From assembly GCA_049438185.1 (NCBI GenBank), contig JBMTJI010000002.1, positions 71,156-135,155 on the forward strand: a DNA stretch of 64,000 nt. Direction: 5' to 3'. The DNA is from Candidatus Poseidoniaceae archaeon. GTDB taxonomy: Archaea > Thermoplasmatota > Poseidoniia > Poseidoniales > Poseidoniaceae. The first letter of the stretch is position 1; each line of letters opens with the position of its first letter. Below are positions 29,598 to 38,891 of the stretch, in pieces. The notes beneath the pieces are model-generated. The model made no database searches. It saw only the letters and a list, made by a program, of their open reading frames with translations, and was not told the DNA's origin. A program made the translations under genes and the position numbers.

Positions 29598-32060
29598 ATG
29601 GCAACGCCACGACTTCCAGAAAAACGATGGTCAATCGACCTTGAAAAAAAAATCCAAGAAGATCACTACGCTGATGAAGCCTCATATCAACAACGATATG
29701 GTTTCAAACCCGACAGCGGCAAACCAATTTTTGTCATCGATACCCCACCCCCATACCCATCGGGAACATGGCATATTGGTGCAGTAGCACAATATTCGAT
29801 GATTGATGTACTAGCACGTTCCCAGCGTTTGTTGGGCAAGGAAGTTTACTTCCCTTGGGGTGTCGATCGAAATGGTATCAACATCGAATTTACTGTTGAG
29901 AAGAATACGAAAAGGAAGATGAAAACGTATGAGCGAGAAGAATTTCTCAACCTCTGCCGTGATACGATTGAAACCTTCACGCAAGCAATGCGAAAGACGG
30001 CTGCTCGTGTAGGTTTATCCTGTGATTTTGCAGCGGAATACCTCACCGATGCGCCTGATTATCGTTCTGTTACACAATCCATTTTCATCGAGTTGTTCAA
30101 AAAAGGCGACATTGTTGAAGATCTGCGACCAAACATCTACGATCCTGTCGAAGGGACAACCATTGCCGATGCGGAGGTTGAACGAATAGGGCGAATGACC
30201 AAACTTGTTGATGTCCGTTGGAACACCGAAGATGGGGAAGAACTTGTTATTTCGACAACTCGTCCAGAATTAATCTGCGCTTGCGGCGTGGTTGTCGTTC
30301 ATCCAGACGATGAACGATACCAACATCTTGTAGGCAAGAAGGCCGTTCTTCCCATGCCGGTTCATGGACGTGAACAAGCGGTCGAAATTCAAACCCATCC
30401 TTCCGTCAAATCAGAATTTGGTAGCGGTATTTTGATGGTATGTTCTTTTGGGGATCAAAACGACGTTGCAGTCTTCAGAGAACTCGGCCTTGCCCCATTC
30501 CAAGCCATTGATTTGAACGGGTGTATGACCTCGATTGCAGGCCCACTTGAGGGCATGGCCGTTCTCGATGCCCGAGCCAAAGCGATTGAGATGTTGGAAA
30601 GCGACGGCAACATCGTCTCAATCGAAGAGCGTCAACAAGAAGTTCCTGTATCTGAACGAGGGAAGAACCCTGTTGAAATCATTCTCCTCAAAGAGTGGTA
30701 TGTACGTCAAACCCATATCCAAGACAAGATGCTTGAGCTGATTAAGGACATTGAATTTCATCCTCCAAGAAACCGTCAATTCTTATTGGATTGGATGGAG
30801 AACATCAGTATTGATTGGCCGATCTCTCGACGCAGATGGTATCACACAGAGATTCCAATTTGGTATTCTGAGGATGAGGAATTCATCATCGTCCCACCAC
30901 CCGGCCAGTATGTTCAACCATGGAAAGATGCTCCTCCTGAAGGCTCACGAGTTCTTCGACGGGACACTCGTGAAGATGTCGGTTCCTTTGCAGATCGTTC
31001 AAGCAGCCTTGGAGAAATTCGTGGTGAAGAAAAGGTGTTCGATACATGGATGGACTCCTCAAACTCCAACCTCTTCGTCAGTGGCTATCTCAATCAACCA
31101 GATGTGTTCGAGAAAGCCTTCCCAACTGCACTGCGTCCTCAAGGAAAGGAAATTGTGCGAACATGGCTTTACTACACGCTCCTCAAGTCTGCACTTTTGT
31201 TGGAACAGCCTGGTTTCAAACACGTTTGGATCGATGGATTAGGAATGGATCCATGGGGTCGAAAAATGTCAAAATCACTCGGCAATGGTATCGATGCTGA
31301 CAGCGTTTTGGAATGCGGTGCTGGTGGCCGAACCGGTTCATGGAAGGTGCGAGGTCCTGATGGTTCTGTTAGTCTCAAAGCGAACAAGATTGGAAGTGAA
31401 TGTTTCCGCCTATGGAAAGCATGTGAGGCACAAGTTGGTGACGATTTCCACATTAACCCTGAAGAAATTGAATCGAAGTATTTTGGAGTCCTAACGAAAA
31501 TTTTCAACGTTGCTCGCTTTGCAAGTCAATTTGATGCTCCCGAACAAGAACCAACAACTCCATATCCAATTGAGGATCAATGGATTCAATCAGAATTTGC
31601 ATCCATGATGAAAACGGTCGAAGATGCATGGACGAACCTTGACATCTACACTGCAACACAAGCGCTCAAAACGTTTGGAACTGGTGTTCTGCCATCGCAT
31701 TGGCTTGAAATGGCAAAATCAAGGCTGTACGATGGAGATCAACATGCTGCGTGGACAATCCACAGCATCTTGCGTCACTTCCTCGCAGCATTCAGTCCTG
31801 TCTGCCCATTTTTCTGTCACCACATCTCGATGACGCTCTACGATGAAAGCGCTGTCGATGTCGATGCCTTCCCAGAACTTCCACCTGTTCAAGTAGATTT
31901 GAATTCCAAGACATCTGAGATTGAAGCGTTCAACAGCGAAGTTTGGAAAACAAAGAAAGAGAATGGGCTATCACTCAACGCAGAAATTGAAGGTATTGAA
32001 ATCCCAGACGTTTTGGAAGCCTTCCGTGGAACGTTAACCCGAATGCACAAGTTACTCTGA
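29598..32060 (+). CDS. valS: Valine--tRNA ligase
   Basis: IDTPPPYPSGTWHIG, STTRPE, DWPISR, FDTWMDSS, KMSKS. The true start is ATG 29598, since the longer ORF overlaps the RND gene. Confidence 0.93.
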   Translation: MATPRLPEKRWSIDLEKKIQEDHYADEASYQQRYGFKPDSGKPIFVIDTPPPYPSGTWHIGAVAQYSMIDVLARSQRLLGKEVYFPWGVDRNGINIEFTVEKNTKRKMKTYEREEFLNLCRDTIETFTQAMRKTAARVGLSCDFAAEYLTDAPDYRSVTQSIFIELFKKGDIVEDLRPNIYDPVEGTTIADAEVERIGRMTKLVDVRWNTEDGEELVISTTRPELICACGVVVVHPDDERYQHLVGKKAVLPMPVHGREQAVEIQTHPSVKSEFGSGILMVCSFGDQNDVAVFRELGLAPFQAIDLNGCMTSIAGPLEGMAVLDARAKAIEMLESDGNIVSIEERQQEVPVSERGKNPVEIILLKEWYVRQTHIQDKMLELIKDIEFHPPRNRQFLLDWMENISIDWPISRRRWYHTEIPIWYSEDEEFIIVPPPGQYVQPWKDAPPEGSRVLRRDTREDVGSFADRSSSLGEIRGEEKVFDTWMDSSNSNLFVSGYLNQPDVFEKAFPTALRPQGKEIVRTWLYYTLLKSALLLEQPGFKHVWIDGLGMDPWGRKMSKSLGNGIDADSVLECGAGGRTGSWKVRGPDGSVSLKANKIGSECFRLWKACEAQVGDDFHINPEEIESKYFGVLTKIFNVARFASQFDAPEQEPTTPYPIEDQWIQSEFASMMKTVEDAWTNLDIYTATQALKTFGTGVLPSHWLEMAKSRLYDGDQHAAWTIHSILRHFLAAFSPVCPFFCHHISMTLYDESAVDVDAFPELPPVQVDLNSKTSEIEAFNSEVWKTKKENGLSLNAEIEGIEIPDVLEAFRGTLTRMHKLL

Positions 32061-33164
32061 TTCCTCATCAAACTTCAACGTAGTCTGACGTGAATCCAAC
32101 TCTTCGAGTTGGCCAAGTCGAAAACCAATAAGACGTATCTTCTCGTCTTGATGTACGTTTTCAGCAAACAATCGGCGTACTTGTCGCAAGAAAACATCCG
32201 TGTCGTCCATAGCGACAGGTATTGATCGACCATGTGTATGCGTTTCAAATCCAGTGTAGCGGATTTTTACTTCTGCAAGTCGACCAGCAATACCTTCCAC
32301 TCGAGCTTTTTCCAAGACACCCTCTGTCAATTGCTCCAATAGGCCGAGTACATGTTCGTGGTCACTTTGATCCGTGGAAAACGTTCGTTCTTTCCCAATC
32401 GAACGACGAGATCTCAATGGACTCACCTCGCTTGATGTTGAACCTTCAACCACCCGAATCAACCAGGAAGAAAACCTACGAGATGTCATTCGAGAAAGTG
32501 CAAGTTCACCCAAATTGACCGCCTCATCCATGGTACTAATTCCCCATTCTGCGAGTACATTGGCTGTCTTTGGACCAATTCCTGGTACTTCACGGACGGA
32601 ACGCTGATCAAAAAATTCAGATATCTCATCTGGTAGAACTCGGTGAATACCATTCGGTTTGTTGACTTCTGAAGACATCTTGGCGATGATTCGTGTAGGC
32701 CCAATTCCAAAGGATGCGGTCAAACCGACTTTTTCGTAAATCGTTCGTTGGAGCCTGCGTGCAAGAGCCATCGCTTCATCCCAATCATGCTCGACAAACT
32801 CTGTTACATCGAGATACGCTTCATCGATACTCGCCTGTTCAAATTTATCTGAATCGTTGCGTAGTATCTTCATGACTCGACGAGATGCCATGGAATACAA
32901 TGAGCGTGTGCCTCGAATGAATCGAGCAGGGCCAAATGGATGCCCCGGACAACGTCGCCATGCTTCAGAAATTGGCATAGCAGAGCGAACACCATACTTT
33001 CGCGCCGCATAATTGCAGGTTGATACAATGCCACGTCCTCGTCCTTGCATGGGATCTGAACCAATGATTAGTGGTTCATCCTCAGGAAACCCATGGTGAA
33101 GAATCTCGACCGATGCAAAAAAGGCATCAAGGTCGCAATGGATGAGAATCCGTTCTTCACGCAC
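32052..33164 (-). CDS. dinB: DNA polymerase IV (Y-family, DinB/Dpo4)
   Basis: HCDLDAFFASVE, STCNYAARKYGVRSAMP, SIDEAYLD, KPNG, PGIGPKT, little-finger RLIG. GTG start assumed; ATG 33200 is the alternative. Confidence 0.93.
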   Translation of the reverse strand: MREERILIHCDLDAFFASVEILHHGFPEDEPLIIGSDPMQGRGRGIVSTCNYAARKYGVRSAMPISEAWRRCPGHPFGPARFIRGTRSLYSMASRRVMKILRNDSDKFEQASIDEAYLDVTEFVEHDWDEAMALARRLQRTIYEKVGLTASFGIGPTRIIAKMSSEVNKPNGIHRVLPDEISEFFDQRSVREVPGIGPKTANVLAEWGISTMDEAVNLGELALSRMTSRRFSSWLIRVVEGSTSSEVSPLRSRRSIGKERTFSTDQSDHEHVLGLLEQLTEGVLEKARVEGIAGRLAEVKIRYTGFETHTHGRSIPVAMDDTDVFLRQVRRLFAENVHQDEKIRLIGFRLGQLEELDSRQTTLKFDEESE

Positions 33165-33202
33165 ACATCGATACACTTGGCGACAGTGTTTGAAATTCAT
33201 CC

Positions 33203-33212
33203 TTCACTTTTC
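33203..33212 (+). promoter_or_regulatory. Candidate DNA-damage box TTCACTTTTC between divergent dinB and the RecA-like gene
   Basis: An identical 10-mer lies upstream of the polB2 operon. It resembles the haloarchaeal UV-inducible motif TTTCACTTTCA. Confidence 0.45.
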
Positions 33213-33273
33213 CATTACCCTCTGCAAAAACACTGAGGTTTGATTTCAGTGATTGGCAATACTTGGTGAGACA

Positions 33274-34110
33274 ATGCTTCCAGCACAACGACAACGTGAT
33301 GAATTACGAATCCCATCGACTGGAATCACGCTACTTGAAGGCCCAGGATATTTTGGAAAGGATGTACGCCATGTGGTGCAACATTGGACAGCCATTCTTC
33401 TTTCGCAAGGACATGCTGTCCATTGGATTGATGGGGGGCACCGATTTGATCCAAGCGGTTTCTTTCCTGAGATGCGTTCGCTGAATTGTCATATCGAAGA
33501 TGGTTTACGGCGATTGTACATTGGAAGGGGTTTCACGTTGCATCAACTGCACGCACTCATTTCGAGAGTGCAACATGAAGCGGCATTAACACATGCATCG
33601 ATGATTGTCATCGATGGTATGTTGACAATGTTTCTTGACGACCAAATCAAACGATTTGAATCACGTTCCATTCTACGTCACTGCATGGCTTCGCTTGAAA
33701 AATTGGGGCATCGTTGTCCTATTGTCCTTCTGGATGGGAAGACCAAATCGCCTCTGCATCAACAACTGAAGCACACGATGCGACCCTACCTAAATCAGCG
33801 ATTGAAGGGTCATTGGGACGGGCAAAGAAAGACTGCACTTCGTTTCACGAACATGACAAATGCTGACCAAATACTGATTGAGCGCCCAAAAACCACAACT
33901 GAACAACATCAATTGACAGACTTTACATCCATTGATTCAAACGAACAAACGACGGTTGGAGGAGTTCATCTTCAGACCAACCGAACGGAGCCAAAATCGA
34001 CCATATTGCACGTACGGCCAGGCGGCGATAATGCTCAACATCAATGCGTCGAATTGGATGTTCCATGTGTTCACATTCCCGAGCAAGAACGACTCGGTGC
34101 AAGGGATTAG
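33274..34110 (+). CDS. Degenerate RecA/RadA-like ATPase (ImuA-like, PolB2-associated)
   Basis: Degenerate Walker A EGPGYFGKD, VHWIDGGHRFDP, RGFTLHQL and Walker B MIVIDG. GGTGA SD lies 4 nt before ATG 33274. Confidence 0.75.
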   Translation: MLPAQRQRDELRIPSTGITLLEGPGYFGKDVRHVVQHWTAILLSQGHAVHWIDGGHRFDPSGFFPEMRSLNCHIEDGLRRLYIGRGFTLHQLHALISRVQHEAALTHASMIVIDGMLTMFLDDQIKRFESRSILRHCMASLEKLGHRCPIVLLDGKTKSPLHQQLKHTMRPYLNQRLKGHWDGQRKTALRFTNMTNADQILIERPKTTTEQHQLTDFTSIDSNEQTTVGGVHLQTNRTEPKSTILHVRPGGDNAQHQCVELDVPCVHIPEQERLGARD

Positions 34111-36319
34111 CAGGATCTTTTTCACAAACAACAAAACGAACTTTTGAGGCCAATTCAAGCGGATACCCAAGAGATTCAGAACGCTGGTAAGCCAACATTG
34201 CAACGGTTTGCGTGCCATTCTGTGATGGCTTTCTTGAGATTCGTTGTGCGATGAGCAACTCCTTTGGAAGCAGTTGGTGCTGTTCAAGACGTTTCACTTC
34301 ATCGATCAGCAGACGTTGAACTTGACTTTGAACACGATGATGCGGGATTCCATCGACCAAATCATCCGAATCAGCAAGAATTCGAAGAGCCCGAGATTGC
34401 AATTGAGCAATCCATGGACATGTCGAATGTTGGCGCAATTCAAGACCTCGAATCTTCATCCCCTTCTCCCCGTAAGCCCAATACTTGGTAAGAGAACCAC
34501 CGCTGTGTACTCGACTTGGAAGGAATGCAATGCAACGGTACGTCGCTTCATATTCAAGAGGAATTCCAGTCATCTCGTGGACATGTCTTGACAAGTTCAT
34601 GGCGGATTGATGTTGTTCTTCGTGTGTACGCCCTTTAATGTCTCGAATCCAAATCGAATCGACAATGGCGTGCAACACTTCCCACCCATGCTCTTGCGCA
34701 GAATCGATGGTTTGCAAAAGGAGCTCACGTGCCCAAGCACAGATGGCTTCATGCGCTTCAATACGGCCAAAACGAGCATTGCGATAACCGGTGTAACCAA
34801 AGCAGGTGACGAGGAGCCATTTGAGGGCGTTTTGCTGGCGATCGGCTGCGTCTCCTTTGATGACAATCTGTTGCTTTAGACGTCGACGACGTTCAATGAG
34901 AGGTGCAACGACACGGCCGAGAAATCCATGACGACGGCCACACGTATGGGTCATCAATTCAGGAACCTGAAACGCCGTTGAGCATCGTTGAGGAAACGCA
35001 AGACTCGCTGATTTCCATTGCTGATTTTGAAATTGAAACCGTTTCTTGGCTTCATCGGGATGAAGTGGAAGCGGTACAGTGTTTTCAGTTGGTTGGCAAC
35101 AACTGCAGTTCAATGTTTCTGGAGAGATGTTGCGCGTTGCAATAATGCTTGGAAAAAGACTCGCGAAATCAAGTTCAATCACATTCGCATAGACGCCAGG
35201 GCGACTATCGAGATAGAGTCCGCCTCGGTCGGATTGCAACAAATCCCATGCAGATTTTGTGTCCTCAGGACGCGTCTTTTTCCACGGAACAAGTACACCA
35301 TCCTCCATCGCAACTCTGTATTGTATCGCACTGATGACCGAGCCCGGCGACTTTCGCGCTGCATCACTGATTCGCGTAGCAGAAACCTGAGCGAGTTCAT
35401 ACAAACCATCGAGACCGCCCTCTCGAAACATGAAACTGGAAGAGAGATCGATATGGATGCGACCTTCAAGCGGAAATTGAGGGTCGCTTCGCAAGACTTG
35501 GCCATAGGATGACAGAATTCGTCTTCGGCCAACTTGTCGTAACGGTGTTTGATTACGTCCAAGACAGATGGTTGCATGTTTGGCCTCAAGATACGAGAGC
35601 AAGTGTGGAAACCCTTCGGTATTACCACGCACAGACAACACAAGATCGGGGTCGTATTCACGAAACCATCGTTCCAATTGCTGAATCTGTTCGGGTACAT
35701 TCAACCCAAATGTCACCTGAGAACCGGTCATGTTGCCCGATGTATCGCATGGAGTGACACGAACATGCGTTGGCTGCCGACATAATGTTCGACCTTGACC
35801 AACATCGTTGAGATGGATCTCGATTTGACAACAGCGCCAATCACGTCGGTGAACATCATTGCCCAGGAGGCTCAACTTGTTTTGATGGAGGGATACAGCG
35901 GAACCAATGGTCAATCGCTTGGAAGTGAGATACTGTTGTTCGGCTCGAACATCCACAGAATAAAGCGTGAACCGGACATGCTCTCCTCGTGCATCGATAT
36001 GTTCTGCGAGAGAGCGTAATGTTGCACATGATTCAAGGGTAAGAGCAAGCATACGTTCCATATCTTGAGAACCTAATTCAGGGCGTTTCATTTCAAAAGC
36101 ATAACTCTGCAAACCATAGCGAATCCGAAGTTCCGGTTGCCACAGCCAGTCAGCCAAGTTTCGAAGATCTGAAGGATTACCAGCCACATGAACAACCGGG
36201 TGCCAAGGTTCGCGAAATGAGGTCACGGTACCTTCTTGGGTTACAATCCATACGATCAATTCACGTTGATCAGAGCAAAGATGAGCATCGAGAATCCATC
36301 CTTCAATCGCTTCCATCAT
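33923..36319 (-). CDS. Family B DNA polymerase, PolB2 group (altered active site, eroded exonuclease)
   Basis: GWILD N-terminus, DRGGL, ELDFASLFPSII, NISPET, ALKWLLVTCFGYTG. Motif C YGDTDS is replaced by HAIVDS. Confidence 0.9.
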   Translation of the reverse strand: MMEAIEGWILDAHLCSDQRELIVWIVTQEGTVTSFREPWHPVVHVAGNPSDLRNLADWLWQPELRIRYGLQSYAFEMKRPELGSQDMERMLALTLESCATLRSLAEHIDARGEHVRFTLYSVDVRAEQQYLTSKRLTIGSAVSLHQNKLSLLGNDVHRRDWRCCQIEIHLNDVGQGRTLCRQPTHVRVTPCDTSGNMTGSQVTFGLNVPEQIQQLERWFREYDPDLVLSVRGNTEGFPHLLSYLEAKHATICLGRNQTPLRQVGRRRILSSYGQVLRSDPQFPLEGRIHIDLSSSFMFREGGLDGLYELAQVSATRISDAARKSPGSVISAIQYRVAMEDGVLVPWKKTRPEDTKSAWDLLQSDRGGLYLDSRPGVYANVIELDFASLFPSIIATRNISPETLNCSCCQPTENTVPLPLHPDEAKKRFQFQNQQWKSASLAFPQRCSTAFQVPELMTHTCGRRHGFLGRVVAPLIERRRRLKQQIVIKGDAADRQQNALKWLLVTCFGYTGYRNARFGRIEAHEAICAWARELLLQTIDSAQEHGWEVLHAIVDSIWIRDIKGRTHEEQHQSAMNLSRHVHEMTGIPLEYEATYRCIAFLPSRVHSGGSLTKYWAYGEKGMKIRGLELRQHSTCPWIAQLQSRALRILADSDDLVDGIPHHRVQSQVQRLLIDEVKRLEQHQLLPKELLIAQRISRKPSQNGTQTVAMLAYQRSESLGYPLELASKVRFVVCEKDPANPLHRVVLARECEHMEHPIRRIDVEHYRRLAVRAIWSILAPFGWSEDELLQPSFVRLNQWM

Positions 36320-36596
36320 CAGCTTCACCCAACGCAAGAATCTGTTCCTCAAGAGATGCAATGTGCTGTTCAAGAAGTTGAATCCTCTCGTGAGCACCAA
36401 GAAGCATTGACAAGAGCATGGGCTTCCATGCTTCGTGGGCGGGAAGCATACCTCCTGCTGCTCGACGCATGCGCACGTCATGGAGCATGGCATCAAATCG
36501 ACAACGATCTCCTTCTGAGAGGGCTCGTCGGTACGGAACGAGCACCTCGATTTCTTGCTCTACACGCCCTCGCCAAGTCGGTACAGTACGCCCCAT
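36303..36596 (-). CDS. Small PolB2-associated helical protein (arCOG07300-like)
   Basis: MGRTVPTWR...YRRAL..DR..FD..LLSMLL plus a coiled coil. Overlaps the polB2 start, the usual arrangement for this family. Confidence 0.8.
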   Translation of the reverse strand: MGRTVPTWRGRVEQEIEVLVPYRRALSEGDRCRFDAMLHDVRMRRAAGGMLPAHEAWKPMLLSMLLGAHERIQLLEQHIASLEEQILALGEADDGSD

Positions 36597-36642
36597 AGAC
36601 ATTGAACTACGAACCATACGGAAGCGTTGTGAGAACCCCTCC

Positions 36643-36655
36643 TGAAAAGTGAAAA
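36643..36655 (-). promoter_or_regulatory. Candidate DNA-damage box TTTTCACTTTTCA upstream of the polB2 operon
   Basis: Direct repeat TTTTCA-C-TTTTCA about 47 nt upstream of the ATG. It could also act as an oligo-T terminator of the upstream dehydrogenase. Confidence 0.45.
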
Positions 36656-36658
36656 TGG

Positions 36659-37645
36659 TCAAGAGAGATCGTTTCGATTAACGGTTGTTTCAGCCATTCC
36701 TCCATCGAGAACGGTTAGGACTGCATCGACGATGTCAAGACCAACACGACGTTGTGCTTCAATTGTTGCAGCACCAATGTGAGGTGTGCCATGGAAATTT
36801 TGGTGTTGCAAAAGAGGTGAAGAAGGGTCAACTGGTTCATGTTCAAACACATCGAGAGCAAGCGAGGATAGTTGCCCAGATTCTAAGGCTTCAAGAGCAG
36901 CATCTTCGTCAACAATACCTCCACGAGCACAGTTGACAATGTGGTTTCCACACGTGAGATTGAACGGATCAACGCCAGGCATCATCTTGATTCTCTTTTG
37001 ATTGATGAGGTGATGCGTTTCTTCTGTGAGATTGCAGTGAACGGAAATGTGCGTGCATAGTTTGAACAAATTGTCGATGTTCTTGTGCATCGTTACGCCC
37101 GCTTTCTTTGCAATTGAAAGAGGCAGGTAAGGGTCATAGGAATGTACCTCCATGCCAAATGCACGAGCAACCGCTGCCACACCTTGGGCAATGCGACCGA
37201 ATCCGATGAGACCGAGTCGCTTTCCATAGAGTTCTGTTCCTTTGAGTTCTTTTTTTGCCCAATCTCCGGACCGTAGAGAACGATCTGCACGAGGGAGAAA
37301 TCGAAGTGAAGCAAGTAAATGACCGACTGTGAGTTCCACGACACTTTGCGTACTTGCTCTTGGTGCGTTGACCACCGGAACACCGATTTTGGAAGCAGCG
37401 TCAATGTCAATGTTGTCGACACCGACACCTGCTCTGGCAACGACTTTGAGTCGTGGTTGGCTAACGGCCAACATCTCTTCAGTGATCTTCGTCGCACTTC
37501 GGACGATGATTGCATCAAACTCAGCAAGTGCCCCTTGAACCAGTTGTTGGTGTTCGATGAACTCCTGAATCACTTCGCACCCAGCATTCTCGAGTCTCTT
37601 CACAGCTTCTTCAGCCATCCCGTCGGTGACAGCAACTCTGCGCAT
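36659..37645 (-). CDS. serA: D-3-phosphoglycerate dehydrogenase-like 2-hydroxyacid dehydrogenase (no ACT domain)
   Basis: VRSATK, RAGVGVDNID, GFGRI, NCARGG, ALDVFEHEP, TPHIGAAT. Confidence 0.8.
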   Translation of the reverse strand: MRRVAVTDGMAEEAVKRLENAGCEVIQEFIEHQQLVQGALAEFDAIIVRSATKITEEMLAVSQPRLKVVARAGVGVDNIDIDAASKIGVPVVNAPRASTQSVVELTVGHLLASLRFLPRADRSLRSGDWAKKELKGTELYGKRLGLIGFGRIAQGVAAVARAFGMEVHSYDPYLPLSIAKKAGVTMHKNIDNLFKLCTHISVHCNLTEETHHLINQKRIKMMPGVDPFNLTCGNHIVNCARGGIVDEDAALEALESGQLSSLALDVFEHEPVDPSSPLLQHQNFHGTPHIGAATIEAQRRVGLDIVDAVLTVLDGGMAETTVNRNDLS

Positions 37646-37745
37646 GCTTCAAGCACGTCAATGAGGCGTTAGAACATTGGGTTTGGATTGGTTTCTTCAC
37701 AATGGATTGATAGGAAGGGTAAATCTGGACTGATACGGTGAGCCT

Positions 37746-38891
37746 ATAGCAGCAGAGATTGATGTCCAGTCACTGATATGGGCACTCGGCATCCTTGCAG
37801 TCCCTGTCTTGACGGCCATACCGCTCAGATTTATTTGGCAATATTGGATTGGTGGTAGCCACGAAGAATCAGAATACAGAACCACAGTACGGCAAATTAT
37901 TGATTCCGGTCGCCAACTCGAAAGTTACAGAAATTCACTCAACGATGTAGCGAGAAGTCTGAGAATTACCCCTTCTCGACAACGATTGATTGAAGCGGAT
38001 ATTTTGAACCCTCTTTCCATCTCGCACTTTCTTATTTTACCCGCGTTGATCATCTTCCCACTTGCCTTTATCGTAGCACTTCCGGTGATGCTCGTCGGCC
38101 TACCTGTTATTCTTCTTGTTGAATTTGTACTCATACGACAACGCATTCTCATTCGAATCATGAGTCTCATTGAACGAAGCATGCATTGGCAAATCATTCA
38201 CATTCCACAAGCGCACCGTGGAAGTCCTGCACAAGAACGGAACTATACCGAATTTTCACAACACATTGAACATTTCCACAAAGTACCTCGAGGTGTTTTT
38301 CTTGGTCTGTTTGCTTATCTCATCGTTCATTGGATTTTCAAACTGGATAACTTTGGAACCGAAATCATTCTTTCCTCACTCTTATACATCGCATTGCTTG
38401 CATTGGTCGGAGTATTATCCACTGCCTTTGAAACAGACCTGGTCTTTGTGGATCCTTCCAAGGGACGATTAATCCCAATCGATCAATGGGTTGAATCGCT
38501 TCTCAAGCCCTTGGTCGGTGTCGGTTTGGTTTTCCTCCTTGGGCGTGATCTCCTTGAAGAAGCACGTGGAGGCAACGCCGCTTTGTTTGCAACTACCTTC
38601 CTTGCGATTCTCTATGGTGCTGCAATCGTTGGAATTGCTTACCAATGGGGATATTCATCATGGCGGGGTCGCAAGGTTCAGCGTTCGTTTGAACAACAGG
38701 TCATCGAAACGCTCGATCCTCTCTCCTACGATTTGACCCGTAGTAAGGGACGTATCGAATTCATTGTCAGAAAGCCAATGGCCGAGCGTCTACAAGAAAT
38801 TGAGGAAATCCATACCGGACAACTAACCTTTGAAGACCTTGAATCGATGCCGAGTAGTGCACCAAAGGAAGCACCGCAGAACCCACTCTAA
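37746..38891 (+). CDS. Hypothetical polytopic membrane protein, probable ATA start (otherwise TTG 37809)
   Basis: Several TM helices. The frame is open back to TGA 37731, with GGTGA 4 nt before ATA 37746. Confidence 0.75.
   Translation: MAAEIDVQSLIWALGILAVPVLTAIPLRFIWQYWIGGSHEESEYRTTVRQIIDSGRQLESYRNSLNDVARSLRITPSRQRLIEADILNPLSISHFLILPALIIFPLAFIVALPVMLVGLPVILLVEFVLIRQRILIRIMSLIERSMHWQIIHIPQAHRGSPAQERNYTEFSQHIEHFHKVPRGVFLGLFAYLIVHWIFKLDNFGTEIILSSLLYIALLALVGVLSTAFETDLVFVDPSKGRLIPIDQWVESLLKPLVGVGLVFLLGRDLLEEARGGNAALFATTFLAILYGAAIVGIAYQWGYSSWRGRKVQRSFEQQVIETLDPLSYDLTRSKGRIEFIVRKPMAERLQEIEEIHTGQLTFEDLESMPSSAPKEAPQNPL

Noticed and set aside
33923-36319. PolB as a casposon, provirus or plasmid marker, or as a pseudogene
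   Set aside because: There is no cas1, integrase, terminal repeat or capsid gene. The ORF is intact and the motif changes are typical of cellular PolB2.
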